From positions 21,472-85,471 of the IMG/VR virus record IMGVR_UViG_3300015370_000516: a stretch of DNA of 64,000 nt; one strand, 5' to 3'. Below the pieces are notes generated by a model, which saw nothing but the letters and a program-made list of their open reading frames with translations, did not search any database and was not told where the DNA came from. Origin of the DNA: a virus (lineage: Duplodnaviria; Caudoviricetes). Position numbers and translations under genes: made by a program. Positions 28,066-36,952 of this stretch are shown one piece after another (the stretch's first letter is position 1; the number at the start of each line of letters is the position of its first letter).

Positions 28066-29346
28066 GTGTTTGTGGCGGATCATAAACCATTAGTTGAAGC
28101 CTTCACCAAGAAATTCAATGCTCAGGTGGTTGTACCTTGGGACGGCAGCGCCCAGCAGGTAGACATAGGTCCTACACGCGTGACGCTGGCCAGTAACGTC
28201 AGGCAGGTACTGCCGGGCAGTGACTTTCTGATTCGTCTGAAGTCTATCCCAGAGATTATGAAACGGGATGTGTGGGATATTCCCGCACTAAGGAGTTCTG
28301 GTTTAATAGAGCCACAAGTTTCCAGAACCGTTCCTGTTGGGGCGTATAGACCTATGGGCAAGAAGCCAAAGATTATTTACCCCACCGGTATTCTTAGCGT
28401 TGACTTGGCATTGAGCGGTGGATTTATGGGTAGTATTCTATCACGTATTTGGGGAGCTTCCACCGGTGGTAAATCCGTTATTCTGTACATGGCGATGATT
28501 ACTGCTTGGCAGTTGTACGGAAAGAAAAGTTTGCTGATAAACCCTGAGTTTGACTTTGACGAAGATCGCTTTTCAGTTTTGCCAGGTGGCAAGACTATGC
28601 TGGAAAGCGAAGGGCTTTTAGTGTACGATCCGGGGGCAAGTGCCGATGCTTATGATAAAGTTATTGATTTAGTCGGAAGTGCCGCGTATGCTATTATTGG
28701 GTTTGATAGTCTAACTCCCCTAAAGTCAGAATCTGAACTATCTAAATCATTCAGTGATGAACCGCGCGTGGCTGACAAGGCCAAGGCACAGACTCGGTTT
28801 TTGGAAGACGTTTTGCCTCATTTATATCATAAAAGTAAATCTGCTCTTATTATGATTGTACAGTCCAGAAAACGATTGGGTGATACTCGTAGTGGAATGA
28901 TGTCTCAGTTCGATGAAGTTAGTGGTAGCTACGGAGCTTCTGGAGATAAACCTGCATCTGGGGATGCCCTGCAATTTTACACACAGCAGTCTCTAAAAGT
29001 CTTTCCCCCTACTAAGCTGGTCTACGAAAAGGGAACACGTAATATTCTCGGACATCAGATAACTGGTCTGGTTGACAAGAACAAACGAGCGCCACAGGGA
29101 ACTCGCTTTGGGTTTTACATTGATTACCGTACCGGGTTGGACTTGGATCTTCAGATTGTTAATGCTGCTATTGAGGCTGGGATCATAGAACTTAGAAAGC
29201 AGAAGCATGTGGTTCAATTAGATGGGCAAGAGCAGATATTTGATTCCGGGCGGGAATGCCGATTAGCTCTATCGGCAGATCGAGAATTGCGCAAGGCAGT
29301 CTATTTGGGGGTACTAAAGCACGTGAATCCAGATTTCAGGATTTAG
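28066..29346 (+). CDS. recA: RecA/UvsX-like recombinase with N-terminal extension
   Basis: TGILSVDLALSGG, Walker A GASTGGKS, IGFDSL, SGDALQFY, VDKNK. Confidence 0.92.
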   Translation: MFVADHKPLVEAFTKKFNAQVVVPWDGSAQQVDIGPTRVTLASNVRQVLPGSDFLIRLKSIPEIMKRDVWDIPALRSSGLIEPQVSRTVPVGAYRPMGKKPKIIYPTGILSVDLALSGGFMGSILSRIWGASTGGKSVILYMAMITAWQLYGKKSLLINPEFDFDEDRFSVLPGGKTMLESEGLLVYDPGASADAYDKVIDLVGSAAYAIIGFDSLTPLKSESELSKSFSDEPRVADKAKAQTRFLEDVLPHLYHKSKSALIMIVQSRKRLGDTRSGMMSQFDEVSGSYGASGDKPASGDALQFYTQQSLKVFPPTKLVYEKGTRNILGHQITGLVDKNKRAPQGTRFGFYIDYRTGLDLDLQIVNAAIEAGIIELRKQKHVVQLDGQEQIFDSGRECRLALSADRELRKAVYLGVLKHVNPDFRI

Positions 29347-29361
29347 AAGAGGGACTATAAC

Positions 29362-29679
29362 ATGGTAACAAGAATTACTGGCGTAAGCGTCTCCTCTAAG
29401 ATGGCTTGCATGTACAGCAAAGAAGAAATAATCACCTTTGAAGTACAAGCTAATGCCGTCTTTGCAGAAATCAACGAAGAGCCAATTGACGGGGGTTGGG
29501 TCAAGGCTGAAATCCAAAGGCTTTTCAATGAAGTAGTTGATCCAGCTATCCGAGAGGAGTATAGGGCGTATGGTCAAAAGAATGAACTATTTCGTTTAAC
29601 TGCTCAAGTAGTCAGACCACAGGCTATCAAACATTACAAATTGTTACTGGAGAGGCAGAATTCAAGTACCCACGATTGA
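29362..29679 (+). CDS. Hypothetical protein; C-terminal residues (SSTHD) encoded by the IS relic
   Basis: 105 aa ORF ending inside the 46-bp element. Confidence 0.6.
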   Translation: MVTRITGVSVSSKMACMYSKEEIITFEVQANAVFAEINEEPIDGGWVKAEIQRLFNEVVDPAIREEYRAYGQKNELFRLTAQVVRPQAIKHYKLLLERQNSSTHD

Positions 29680-29706
29680 AGTCATGGGTTTCCTGTCACA
29701 AGAATC
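29661..29706 (-). mobile_element. 46-bp collapsed IS200/IS605 relic (right end fused to left end)
   Basis: First 20 nt identical to 52123-52142; last 26 nt match 53318-53343 with 1 mismatch. Confidence 0.9.
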
Positions 29707-30300
29707 ATGAAAATTACTAAATCAACGGTTGCTGGTCCTGTATCTCGGTTGCTTGGTAACCCGGAGCTTGTTCCAATACCATATATAGGATACCGAAGTC
29801 TCGAAGAAATAAGTTCATCCCTTGAAGATGTTCAGTTGCCTGATTTCAGTCAGATGCACTCTGAACTTGTGAGAATTGGAGATGTTACAATTTCTGATGA
29901 TCCTACCGCGATGGGGCTAAAGGAATTTAATGCAAATCTTGCTAAGGCTGCCGAGGGTTACAGGAAATTGACGGTCTACCGTGCTGAGTGTATTGCCATT
30001 CGATCGGAGTGGGCGAGTTTGAAGATTGATTTTAATCGGTTATTGGATCAGATGAAAAGAGATGGTATGAAAACCGCTGGGTACGAGGTCTGCAAGAACG
30101 TTCAAGATAGAACAGCTTATCTGGATAATTTCGTTTCCGACTATAATTTGGAAATGGCTGTGGTTGAGCAGGCATTACAGAGATGTGCAGACTTTGTGGA
30201 AGTGTGCCGCGTCTTAGGAAAGGGACTGGATGCTCTATTATTGGTATTAAGTAAACAAGTAGAAATCCTAAAAATACAAGCAAAAGTAGAAGGAGTCTAA
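29707..30300 (+). CDS. Helical hypothetical protein (possible recombination mediator)
   Basis: 197 aa helical pattern between recA and the SSB-like gene; function is inference only. Confidence 0.45.
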   Translation: MKITKSTVAGPVSRLLGNPELVPIPYIGYRSLEEISSSLEDVQLPDFSQMHSELVRIGDVTISDDPTAMGLKEFNANLAKAAEGYRKLTVYRAECIAIRSEWASLKIDFNRLLDQMKRDGMKTAGYEVCKNVQDRTAYLDNFVSDYNLEMAVVEQALQRCADFVEVCRVLGKGLDALLLVLSKQVEILKIQAKVEGV

Positions 30301-30301
30301 C

Positions 30302-30853
30302 ATGAAGGTTACCAAGAAGGCTGGGGTTTTTATCCCTACAGGGGGATATACAGCCGAGTTCACCAAGGTTGAACAGGTCACCCGGACGGGCAAGAAGGGT
30401 GAGAAGTTTAATGCTATCCAGGTGGACTTCGAGCTCTGTGACACTGAGGGCCAGGAAGAATATGCTGGAATTATTCTTAACCAAACACTGTGGGCTACTC
30501 TTGACAGTGACGGGGAAATTGAGGTTGGACGTAAGGGGTTCCAGGTAATCGAGGCCATTCAGGGAAGCGATACAGATGATGGGCAGAAGTCTGAAGAACT
30601 TGAGGACATGATTGGCAACAAGGTAACTTTGCAAATCATTGCTCCGGAGCAAGAAGGTGGCTTCCCCAAGATCCTGCGCGTGGACAGATTTATCGAGAAA
30701 GCTCCCAAGGGAAAGGCTGCACCACGCAATCGAAACACCGACGAGAAGAAACCATTACCGTCGTCAGCTAAACCTACCGAGGAGCCAGCGGCAGAGTCAA
30801 AGGCAAAAACCAAAGGCAAGAACCCAGACGATTTCGATGACTGGGATGATTAA
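30302..30853 (+). CDS. Single-stranded DNA-binding-like protein
   Basis: OB-like N-terminus (YTAEFTKVE...IQVDFEL), flexible linker, acidic tail DDFDDWDD. Confidence 0.6.
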   Translation: MKVTKKAGVFIPTGGYTAEFTKVEQVTRTGKKGEKFNAIQVDFELCDTEGQEEYAGIILNQTLWATLDSDGEIEVGRKGFQVIEAIQGSDTDDGQKSEELEDMIGNKVTLQIIAPEQEGGFPKILRVDRFIEKAPKGKAAPRNRNTDEKKPLPSSAKPTEEPAAESKAKTKGKNPDDFDDWDD

Positions 30854-31403
30854 TGATGAACTGGTGGTTATGTCTTTGGATCTGGGTCCTAATCACACCG
30901 GTTTCATGATATTTTGGGGTGAGGAGCGTATTGCCGAGTTTGGCACGCTCCTTCCCCAACTGAGTTTGTCGATGCCTAAACGGATTCAGTATACCACCGG
31001 AATTTTAAACGTCTTGTGTCGAGTATACGGAGTGCATGAAGTGGCTATCGAAGATTATGCCCACAAGCTGCGTAGTGCCAGCGTGACCTGTATCCGGGAA
31101 CAGGGTGGCGCAATAAAGAATATGCTTATTGAATCAGGTATAAAGGTGTTTATTTATAATGTATCAGTGATCAAAAAGTTTGCCACTGGCTTAGGCAGGG
31201 CTACTAAGAAGGACATGGCACGTTCTTTTGACATTATTGGAAAAGAAGGTAAGCGTATTACTTTTAGAAGAGAAGCCAGGCGTAAACAAAGTTTATTCAC
31301 AGAGGATGAAATTGATGCTTGGTTCATAGGACAATTGCACTATGACAATGTGCGCCGCAGTTTGTTAGGTAATGAACTATGGTCATTTGAACAGATCGCT
31401 TGA
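30846..31403 (+). CDS. ruvC: RuvC-like Holliday junction resolvase
   Basis: SLDLGPNHTG, VAIEDY, IKKFATG.GRATKKDM, DEIDA; start at ATG 30846. Confidence 0.85.
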   Translation: MINDELVVMSLDLGPNHTGFMIFWGEERIAEFGTLLPQLSLSMPKRIQYTTGILNVLCRVYGVHEVAIEDYAHKLRSASVTCIREQGGAIKNMLIESGIKVFIYNVSVIKKFATGLGRATKKDMARSFDIIGKEGKRITFRREARRKQSLFTEDEIDAWFIGQLHYDNVRRSLLGNELWSFEQIA

Positions 31404-32569
31404 AAATGCCAATCCAAAAACTCATCATACAGAATTTCCAAGCCATAGCCAAAACTAAGCTTGATCTATCTCCCAACCTGAACGTCATCTTTGGAGAAAA
31501 CGGGATGGGCAAGAGTATTTTAATTCGGGCTTTGCGATGGGTTTACAGAGATGCCTTTCGGGGTACTTGGTTTGCCAAGACGGGGGAAGAGCGATGTCGT
31601 GTTGGCATTCAGTTGTCTTCAGATTTGATGGTCATCAGAGACATTGAACGTTCTCTGGATGATAGTGGAGCCACTAAGGTTTTAAAAGTAAATCGTTATA
31701 TTATCAAAAGAAGGGGGCTTGAGGACGTTGAGTTCAACAAGTTCAAAGATTTGCCTCCAGACGTACAAGAAGTGCTGGATATAAGTCCGGCTTTAATTTT
31801 AGGAAAAACCAGCGATGAAATTATTGACTTGAATTTTGCGCATCAACAAAATGATGCTGTCTTTTTGATGAATAAGCCTAAAAGTTTATCAGCTCGTCTG
31901 CTGTCCCACGTAGTCGGAGTTGATCCGGTGTACAAGGCCATGCGCGAATTAGCCAGAGAACAGCGTGCGGACCAGCAGGAAATTGGGCGTTTAGGAGATC
32001 AAGCAGAGGAACTTCAGACTGAGATAGCAGCCTTTCCAGAACAGCAATTGCGGATGATATTCGCTAAATTGGAATCTCAGGTTTCAGCTTTAAGAGATCT
32101 TAATACTCATATTGAAACTGTAACTTTCCTGGGCGATGATTTAGAACGTATTAACCAAGAAGGCAGGACAGCGGTGTCTGAGGTAAAAGCCTGTAAAAAT
32201 GCTTTGGAGAATTTGCCTTGGCAAGAAGCAGAACAACTTTGTACGTTGTTGGTCAATCTTGAAGCTGGGTACGAGGAATATAAAACTAAAAGTACTGCAC
32301 TTGAACAAGCAGAACTAAGTCAAAGTTCTTGTACTGTTGCTTTTGATACAGTAAACTCATTTCTTGACGACTGGGAACAGGTTGTTCCCTTGATGCAAAG
32401 CTGGGCATCTGCTTATAATGATGAAGCAACTCTCGTCATACATCTTGAAACTTTGTGTGTTGCCAAAAATGATGCATATACTGAATACCAGAAACTACTC
32501 AGCGAATTAGGTCTTTGTCCTACTTGTGGGGCTGATAAAGAACACTGGAATTTGCAAGGGGATATGTGA
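31400..32569 (+). CDS. sbcC: SbcC/Rad50 N-terminal half (Walker A, coiled coil, Zn hook)
   Basis: IQNFQAI, GENGMGKS, Q-loop region, coiled coil, terminal CPTCG. Confidence 0.88.
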   Translation: MKMPIQKLIIQNFQAIAKTKLDLSPNLNVIFGENGMGKSILIRALRWVYRDAFRGTWFAKTGEERCRVGIQLSSDLMVIRDIERSLDDSGATKVLKVNRYIIKRRGLEDVEFNKFKDLPPDVQEVLDISPALILGKTSDEIIDLNFAHQQNDAVFLMNKPKSLSARLLSHVVGVDPVYKAMRELAREQRADQQEIGRLGDQAEELQTEIAAFPEQQLRMIFAKLESQVSALRDLNTHIETVTFLGDDLERINQEGRTAVSEVKACKNALENLPWQEAEQLCTLLVNLEAGYEEYKTKSTALEQAELSQSSCTVAFDTVNSFLDDWEQVVPLMQSWASAYNDEATLVIHLETLCVAKNDAYTEYQKLLSELGLCPTCGADKEHWNLQGDM

Positions 32570-32769
32570 TGAATTTTATCAATTGTAGCACAGACGACCT
32601 TGTTGATGAACTGCAAAAACGACTGGAGCTTCGGTACGGCAACAGGTATAAAGTTAAAATTGCATATCAGGCATCGGTGGTATGTTTTACAAATATACCT
32701 CCTGCGTTTGGTGCTGATCCATATAATTGGTGTACACTAACAGACCCCAAAAACGTTATTTTCCGATGA
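32566..32769 (+). CDS. Small hypothetical protein
   Basis: 67 aa, coupled at both ends. Confidence 0.55.
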   Translation: MMNFINCSTDDLVDELQKRLELRYGNRYKVKIAYQASVVCFTNIPPAFGADPYNWCTLTDPKNVIFR

Positions 32770-33764
32770 CTCCCATTCTAAAAGCAGTGTTCTTTACTGA
32801 CACCCATATAAAGGGGGTATCCCCCCGTTCCCGAATTGATGACTACCCACGTGCCATTCTGGAGAAGGTCAAGTGGGTCATTGACTTCGGGATAGAAAAT
32901 GGGGTAGACGTATTTCTTCATGGTGGGGATTATTTTGATACCTACAGCGTAGAGAACTCGGTTCTAAACGCCTTTGTGGGCGCGTTAGATAAGGCCAGAG
33001 ACCACAAAATCCCCATCGTGGGTACAGTGGGCAGCCATGACCAAGTAGGCTATCAAATCGGGGCTATGCATAGATCCTCGGTGGGGGTCTTGGAAGCAAC
33101 TGGGGTTATTACGATATTACGTCAAGGCGAGACGTGGGAACGTAATGGAGTTTTTATCATAGGCTGCCCCCACAAAATAGATTTGGATTTGGGGAACAAT
33201 TCTGATTATGACGTTATCCCAGACAAATCTCATCCTGGTATCAAGAGCACCATATTAATGGCTCATGGCTATATTACGGATAAGCCTTTGTCTTATGCCT
33301 GCACTTTAATTGATGATGTTAAGACTGCCGCCGACGTCGTGTTATCCGGTCATTATCATACTGGATTTTCACCTTACGTGCGTCAGGATGGCAAGATTTT
33401 CTGTAATCCAGGATCACTATCCCGTGATGAGGATAACAAGATAAATCGGGTACGTAAACCGTCATGTCTGTACCTTGAAATATTTGATGGTGCGCCGCCT
33501 TCGTTGAAGATAGTACCTATATCCTGTGCTCACACAGGTCAGGAAATTTTTGGGGACATCGAGCCTATCTCTGAACCTGATGCTGGAGATATAGCCAGAA
33601 TGGTTGAGTATCTGAAACAAGAAACCGAGGCAGCCGGCAAGACCTTTGACATAGAGCGAGCCATTGCCAATGTGCCGGTGGGTAAAGACCCTGTTTTAGT
33701 TGCCGAAGCTCGGAGTATGGCTTTGGCGATGGTTCAGAAAGTAACCACGGAGTCAGGACAATGA
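32766..33764 (+). CDS. sbcD: SbcD/Mre11 metallophosphoesterase nuclease
   Basis: FTDTH, GGDYFD, GSHD, MAHG, SGHYH, NPGSL. Confidence 0.92.
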   Translation: MTPILKAVFFTDTHIKGVSPRSRIDDYPRAILEKVKWVIDFGIENGVDVFLHGGDYFDTYSVENSVLNAFVGALDKARDHKIPIVGTVGSHDQVGYQIGAMHRSSVGVLEATGVITILRQGETWERNGVFIIGCPHKIDLDLGNNSDYDVIPDKSHPGIKSTILMAHGYITDKPLSYACTLIDDVKTAADVVLSGHYHTGFSPYVRQDGKIFCNPGSLSRDEDNKINRVRKPSCLYLEIFDGAPPSLKIVPISCAHTGQEIFGDIEPISEPDAGDIARMVEYLKQETEAAGKTFDIERAIANVPVGKDPVLVAEARSMALAMVQKVTTESGQ

Positions 33765-34006
33765 ATGCTGAAGAACAATTAGGAGCTCTGCAAAAGAAGC
33801 GGCAAAAGCTGTCTGAAGATAAAGCCAGAGCAGAGGCACGTGTTGAGGGCGCGCGTAAAGCCCAGCAAGAGGCCTTGGCTAAGTTAGCTAAACTGGGTAT
33901 AACCGATCCCCTGGTTATTCCCGCCAAGTTAGTCGAGTTTCAACAACAGGCTACAAGTCTTGCTCAGGAGATTGATAGTGGTATCCCAGACAGGTACCGG
34001 GTTTAA
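33761..34006 (+). CDS. Small coiled-coil protein
   Basis: 81 aa heptad pattern, ATGA-coupled to sbcD. Confidence 0.6.
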   Translation: MNAEEQLGALQKKRQKLSEDKARAEARVEGARKAQQEALAKLAKLGITDPLVIPAKLVEFQQQATSLAQEIDSGIPDRYRV

Positions 34007-34616
34007 CACACAGAGCTATCGTCTGGCTTACGACGGCTACCAACGGGATTTGGGTGCGCACCAGCAACGTCAGGGGGAACTGGGCAAGGTTCTGCAGCGC
34101 AAGGCAGAAATATCTCGTCAGGTAGCCGTCCGAGAAATTGCTATGCAGATCATGGAGGCTGTATCTCTGTCTGCCCAGGAGCTCATCCACCAGAAGATAG
34201 ACGTTCCGGTGACTGCGGCTCTCAGGACTATCTATCAGGATAATTCTTTATCGTTTAGCACCGAGTTAGAGCGCAGTGCCGACCGCATGGAAGTTGACTT
34301 TCGTTTCCGTCGTGGGGATGAACCTATACCTGGCCCTATCTTGGATTCGGAAGGTGGGGGGCTGGTGGATGTAGCCGGTTTCACTTTACGTCTATGTCTT
34401 TTCAGGTTGTTGGGTTGTAAAGGTCCAATTTGTCTGGATGAACCTTTCCGGCAAGTTGACAAGAGCGCTTGGCCTCGTGCCATTGAGTTTGCCCAACAAA
34501 TATCTTTGGGCATGGGGATTCAATTGTTCATAGTTTCCCACGAGACCGCATTTACCGATGTGGCTGGCAGAATAATTCGCGTGGTTGGGCGAGGTATAGT
34601 TAGACAGGAAGCATAG
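33978..34616 (+). CDS. sbcC: SbcC/Rad50 C-terminal half (signature, Walker B)
   Basis: SEGGG signature, ICLDEPF (Walker B/D-loop), IVSHE (H-loop); GTG start after AGGAG. Confidence 0.85.
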   Translation: MVSQTGTGFNTQSYRLAYDGYQRDLGAHQQRQGELGKVLQRKAEISRQVAVREIAMQIMEAVSLSAQELIHQKIDVPVTAALRTIYQDNSLSFSTELERSADRMEVDFRFRRGDEPIPGPILDSEGGGLVDVAGFTLRLCLFRLLGCKGPICLDEPFRQVDKSAWPRAIEFAQQISLGMGIQLFIVSHETAFTDVAGRIIRVVGRGIVRQEA

Positions 34617-35297
34617 ATGTCTCGTAAACAGGAACTACATGGGGCTGCGCTGTACCGCAGTAAGTATTGCAGTTTTGTAACTCTGTGGCTTTACAACAAT
34701 CCGCGTATGACCCCCAGCAAGGTACGGGATCTGCTGATTGATAAATTCGGGCCAGAAGCCTCTTTTTCCGAGCCCCATATTCGGGCTTTTATGAAGAATT
34801 ATTACCCTGAGATTTACAATGCTGCTATAAGTACTGGAGAAGGTGGTTTTGTAGCTGTTGCCAGTTTGACGGAAAGCAAGTTATTTGGTAGCGTTGTAGA
34901 CCCGATGGACTATCACCAGCTTATGATTGGGCTGTTGGAGACCAAGTTCAAGGAAGCTGAAGAAGAGTATAACGTTATTAGAGACCGTTTGGTTGACAAG
35001 ACAACCCCTGCAGAAGATGTTGTTAAGATCGGTACAACAGTGGTAAAGTTACGCGATCAGATGACCAAGCTTTCACGTGAAATCAGGGAGTATAAAAAGT
35101 ATGCAGATGAATGGCAGAGGACTTTTGACTTCGGGGATAAAATGGGGGATTTAATTTATCGTATGACTGAGTTGATTGTGTCTATAATATACCCAGAGGT
35201 TACATCTGATCGGCTTTTTACCGTGCGCGATGAATTCACGATAGCGCGTAGACAGTTAGCCAGAGAGTTCAAAGTTCCGCCGGAGAAACTGGGATGA
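34617..35297 (+). CDS. Hypothetical protein, possible terminase small subunit
   Basis: HTH-like N-terminus plus helical C-terminus, one gene upstream of TerL. Confidence 0.3.
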   Translation: MSRKQELHGAALYRSKYCSFVTLWLYNNPRMTPSKVRDLLIDKFGPEASFSEPHIRAFMKNYYPEIYNAAISTGEGGFVAVASLTESKLFGSVVDPMDYHQLMIGLLETKFKEAEEEYNVIRDRLVDKTTPAEDVVKIGTTVVKLRDQMTKLSREIREYKKYADEWQRTFDFGDKMGDLIYRMTELIVSIIYPEVTSDRLFTVRDEFTIARRQLAREFKVPPEKLG

Positions 35298-36952
35298 GCC
35301 TGGAACGTAATAAAATATACGCGATGCATGCACTGGACGGACTCAGGGAGATGCCGGATGAGAGTGTACAACTGTGTTTTACCAGCCCGCCATATTTTAA
35401 CTTAAGAGACTACAAATCAGAGCCACAGATTTGGGATGGAGATTCATCGTGTCATCATGTTTGGAGGGGGGTGATTAGCCCAAGACCAAATCAAACTGGA
35501 GGGGTGGGATATAGATCGGCAACGCAATTAGCAAATAGAGGTTCTCACTGTGTAGAATATAATAATCGTGTTAGTTTAAGTAATGTCTGTTCTCTCTGTG
35601 GTGCATGGAGAGGAGAACTTGGTCAGGAACATACGGTAGAGTTGTATGTTAAGCATCTTAAGGATATTTTTCATGAAGTACATCGAGTTTTGCGTAGAGA
35701 CGGGATTTTTTATTTGAATCTGTCTGATAGCTACGCTACCCATGCAAGCAACCGAGCTGGTCAATTTGGCAAGGAAATTAAGGAAGGATTCGATGATGTT
35801 TTTACTCGTTCCAAACCCCCAGCCAGTCAAATGGGGCTTAAAGAAAAAGACCTTTGTGGTATTCCCTGGCGCGTTGCCTTCGCATTACAAGGATTCGCTG
35901 TCATTCCAGGCAAGGAACTTAACCGAGCTGCTGACCTGCTGAAGATCGCCAGAGAAACCCGAGACTGGGAGATGGTAACTGCAGTTGAGGGAATGCTACG
36001 TGGTTGGTCATTCCTATCTGAAATACTTGATCCTTATTGGCTGCGGTCTGACATTATCTGGTCAAAGAGAAATTGTATGCCATCCAGTGCTACGGATAGA
36101 CCTACAACTTCGCATGAGTACATTTTTATGCTTACCAAAAGCGGAACTACTCAATTCTGGACACATCGTGATTTGAATGGAGTCAGGAAACAGCCAAAGC
36201 CTGATTATCGTTGGATACATGAAACAACTGGAGAAGAGGTGTCAGTTAAACCGATTGGCTGGACTCCTCAGAATAAAATGGGGTGGATTAGAGTCAATCT
36301 CTGGGAGGGACATGATTATCTTTATGATGCTGTGGCTGCGCGAGAGAGATCAATAACGGATCCAAATAGTAAATCCTCTATGACATTTGGGGCAAAACAT
36401 GGAAAATATAATACTATCGAATTGGCACATGCCGCCAATCTTGGGCATAAATGGGTATACGAATCAACTCGCAATCTTCGTTCCGTTTGGACGCTTAGTA
36501 TTAAGCCCAGACCCGAAAATCATTTTGCCTCTTTTCCAGACGAACTTTGTAGCTTAGTTATCGAAGCTGGGAGCAGTCACAAGGCTTGTTCTAAATGCAG
36601 AGCGGCGTGGATGAGAGTGGTGGGAAAAAATGAGAGTGATTGGGAAGAAAGGAAAAGACGGGGGGAACCTAATCGGGCAGGTCTTGCTGGTGCTGCACAA
36701 ATTGGGTCTGGTAATTATAAAAATCGGGAACCCAAAACTCTCGGTTTCCGTCCGTCTTGTGATTGCGAGAACGATGGCTCCGGTCGTTGTCTGGTTCTTG
36801 ATCCTTTCATGGGGCGTGGTACGGTTGCCGACGTGGCTCGCAAATTAGGCCGTGATTTCATTGGCTTTGACTTAAATCCTGAATATGTAAAGATGGCATA
36901 CGATAATTTAGGATCGAAGACGTTTCTGGAACTATTAGATGGCATCGATTAA
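35294..36952 (+). CDS. Beta-class DNA amino-methyltransferase 3 (SPPY, likely m4C) with large insertions
   Basis: TSPPYF, HFASFP, VLDPFMGRGT; extra CxxC pairs. Confidence 0.9.
   Translation: MSLERNKIYAMHALDGLREMPDESVQLCFTSPPYFNLRDYKSEPQIWDGDSSCHHVWRGVISPRPNQTGGVGYRSATQLANRGSHCVEYNNRVSLSNVCSLCGAWRGELGQEHTVELYVKHLKDIFHEVHRVLRRDGIFYLNLSDSYATHASNRAGQFGKEIKEGFDDVFTRSKPPASQMGLKEKDLCGIPWRVAFALQGFAVIPGKELNRAADLLKIARETRDWEMVTAVEGMLRGWSFLSEILDPYWLRSDIIWSKRNCMPSSATDRPTTSHEYIFMLTKSGTTQFWTHRDLNGVRKQPKPDYRWIHETTGEEVSVKPIGWTPQNKMGWIRVNLWEGHDYLYDAVAARERSITDPNSKSSMTFGAKHGKYNTIELAHAANLGHKWVYESTRNLRSVWTLSIKPRPENHFASFPDELCSLVIEAGSSHKACSKCRAAWMRVVGKNESDWEERKRRGEPNRAGLAGAAQIGSGNYKNREPKTLGFRPSCDCENDGSGRCLVLDPFMGRGTVADVARKLGRDFIGFDLNPEYVKMAYDNLGSKTFLELLDGID

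Noticed and set aside
30247-30258. 12-nt match to the flank of relic C, and an 11-nt match of the copy A flank at 34567, as in-genome guide targets
   Set aside because: Short, AT-rich, and the two sites share no upstream TAM; compatible with chance
30032-30652. 206-aa minus-strand ORF and the many other short antisense or alternate-frame ORFs
   Set aside because: They fully overlap well-supported + strand genes in a unidirectional operon
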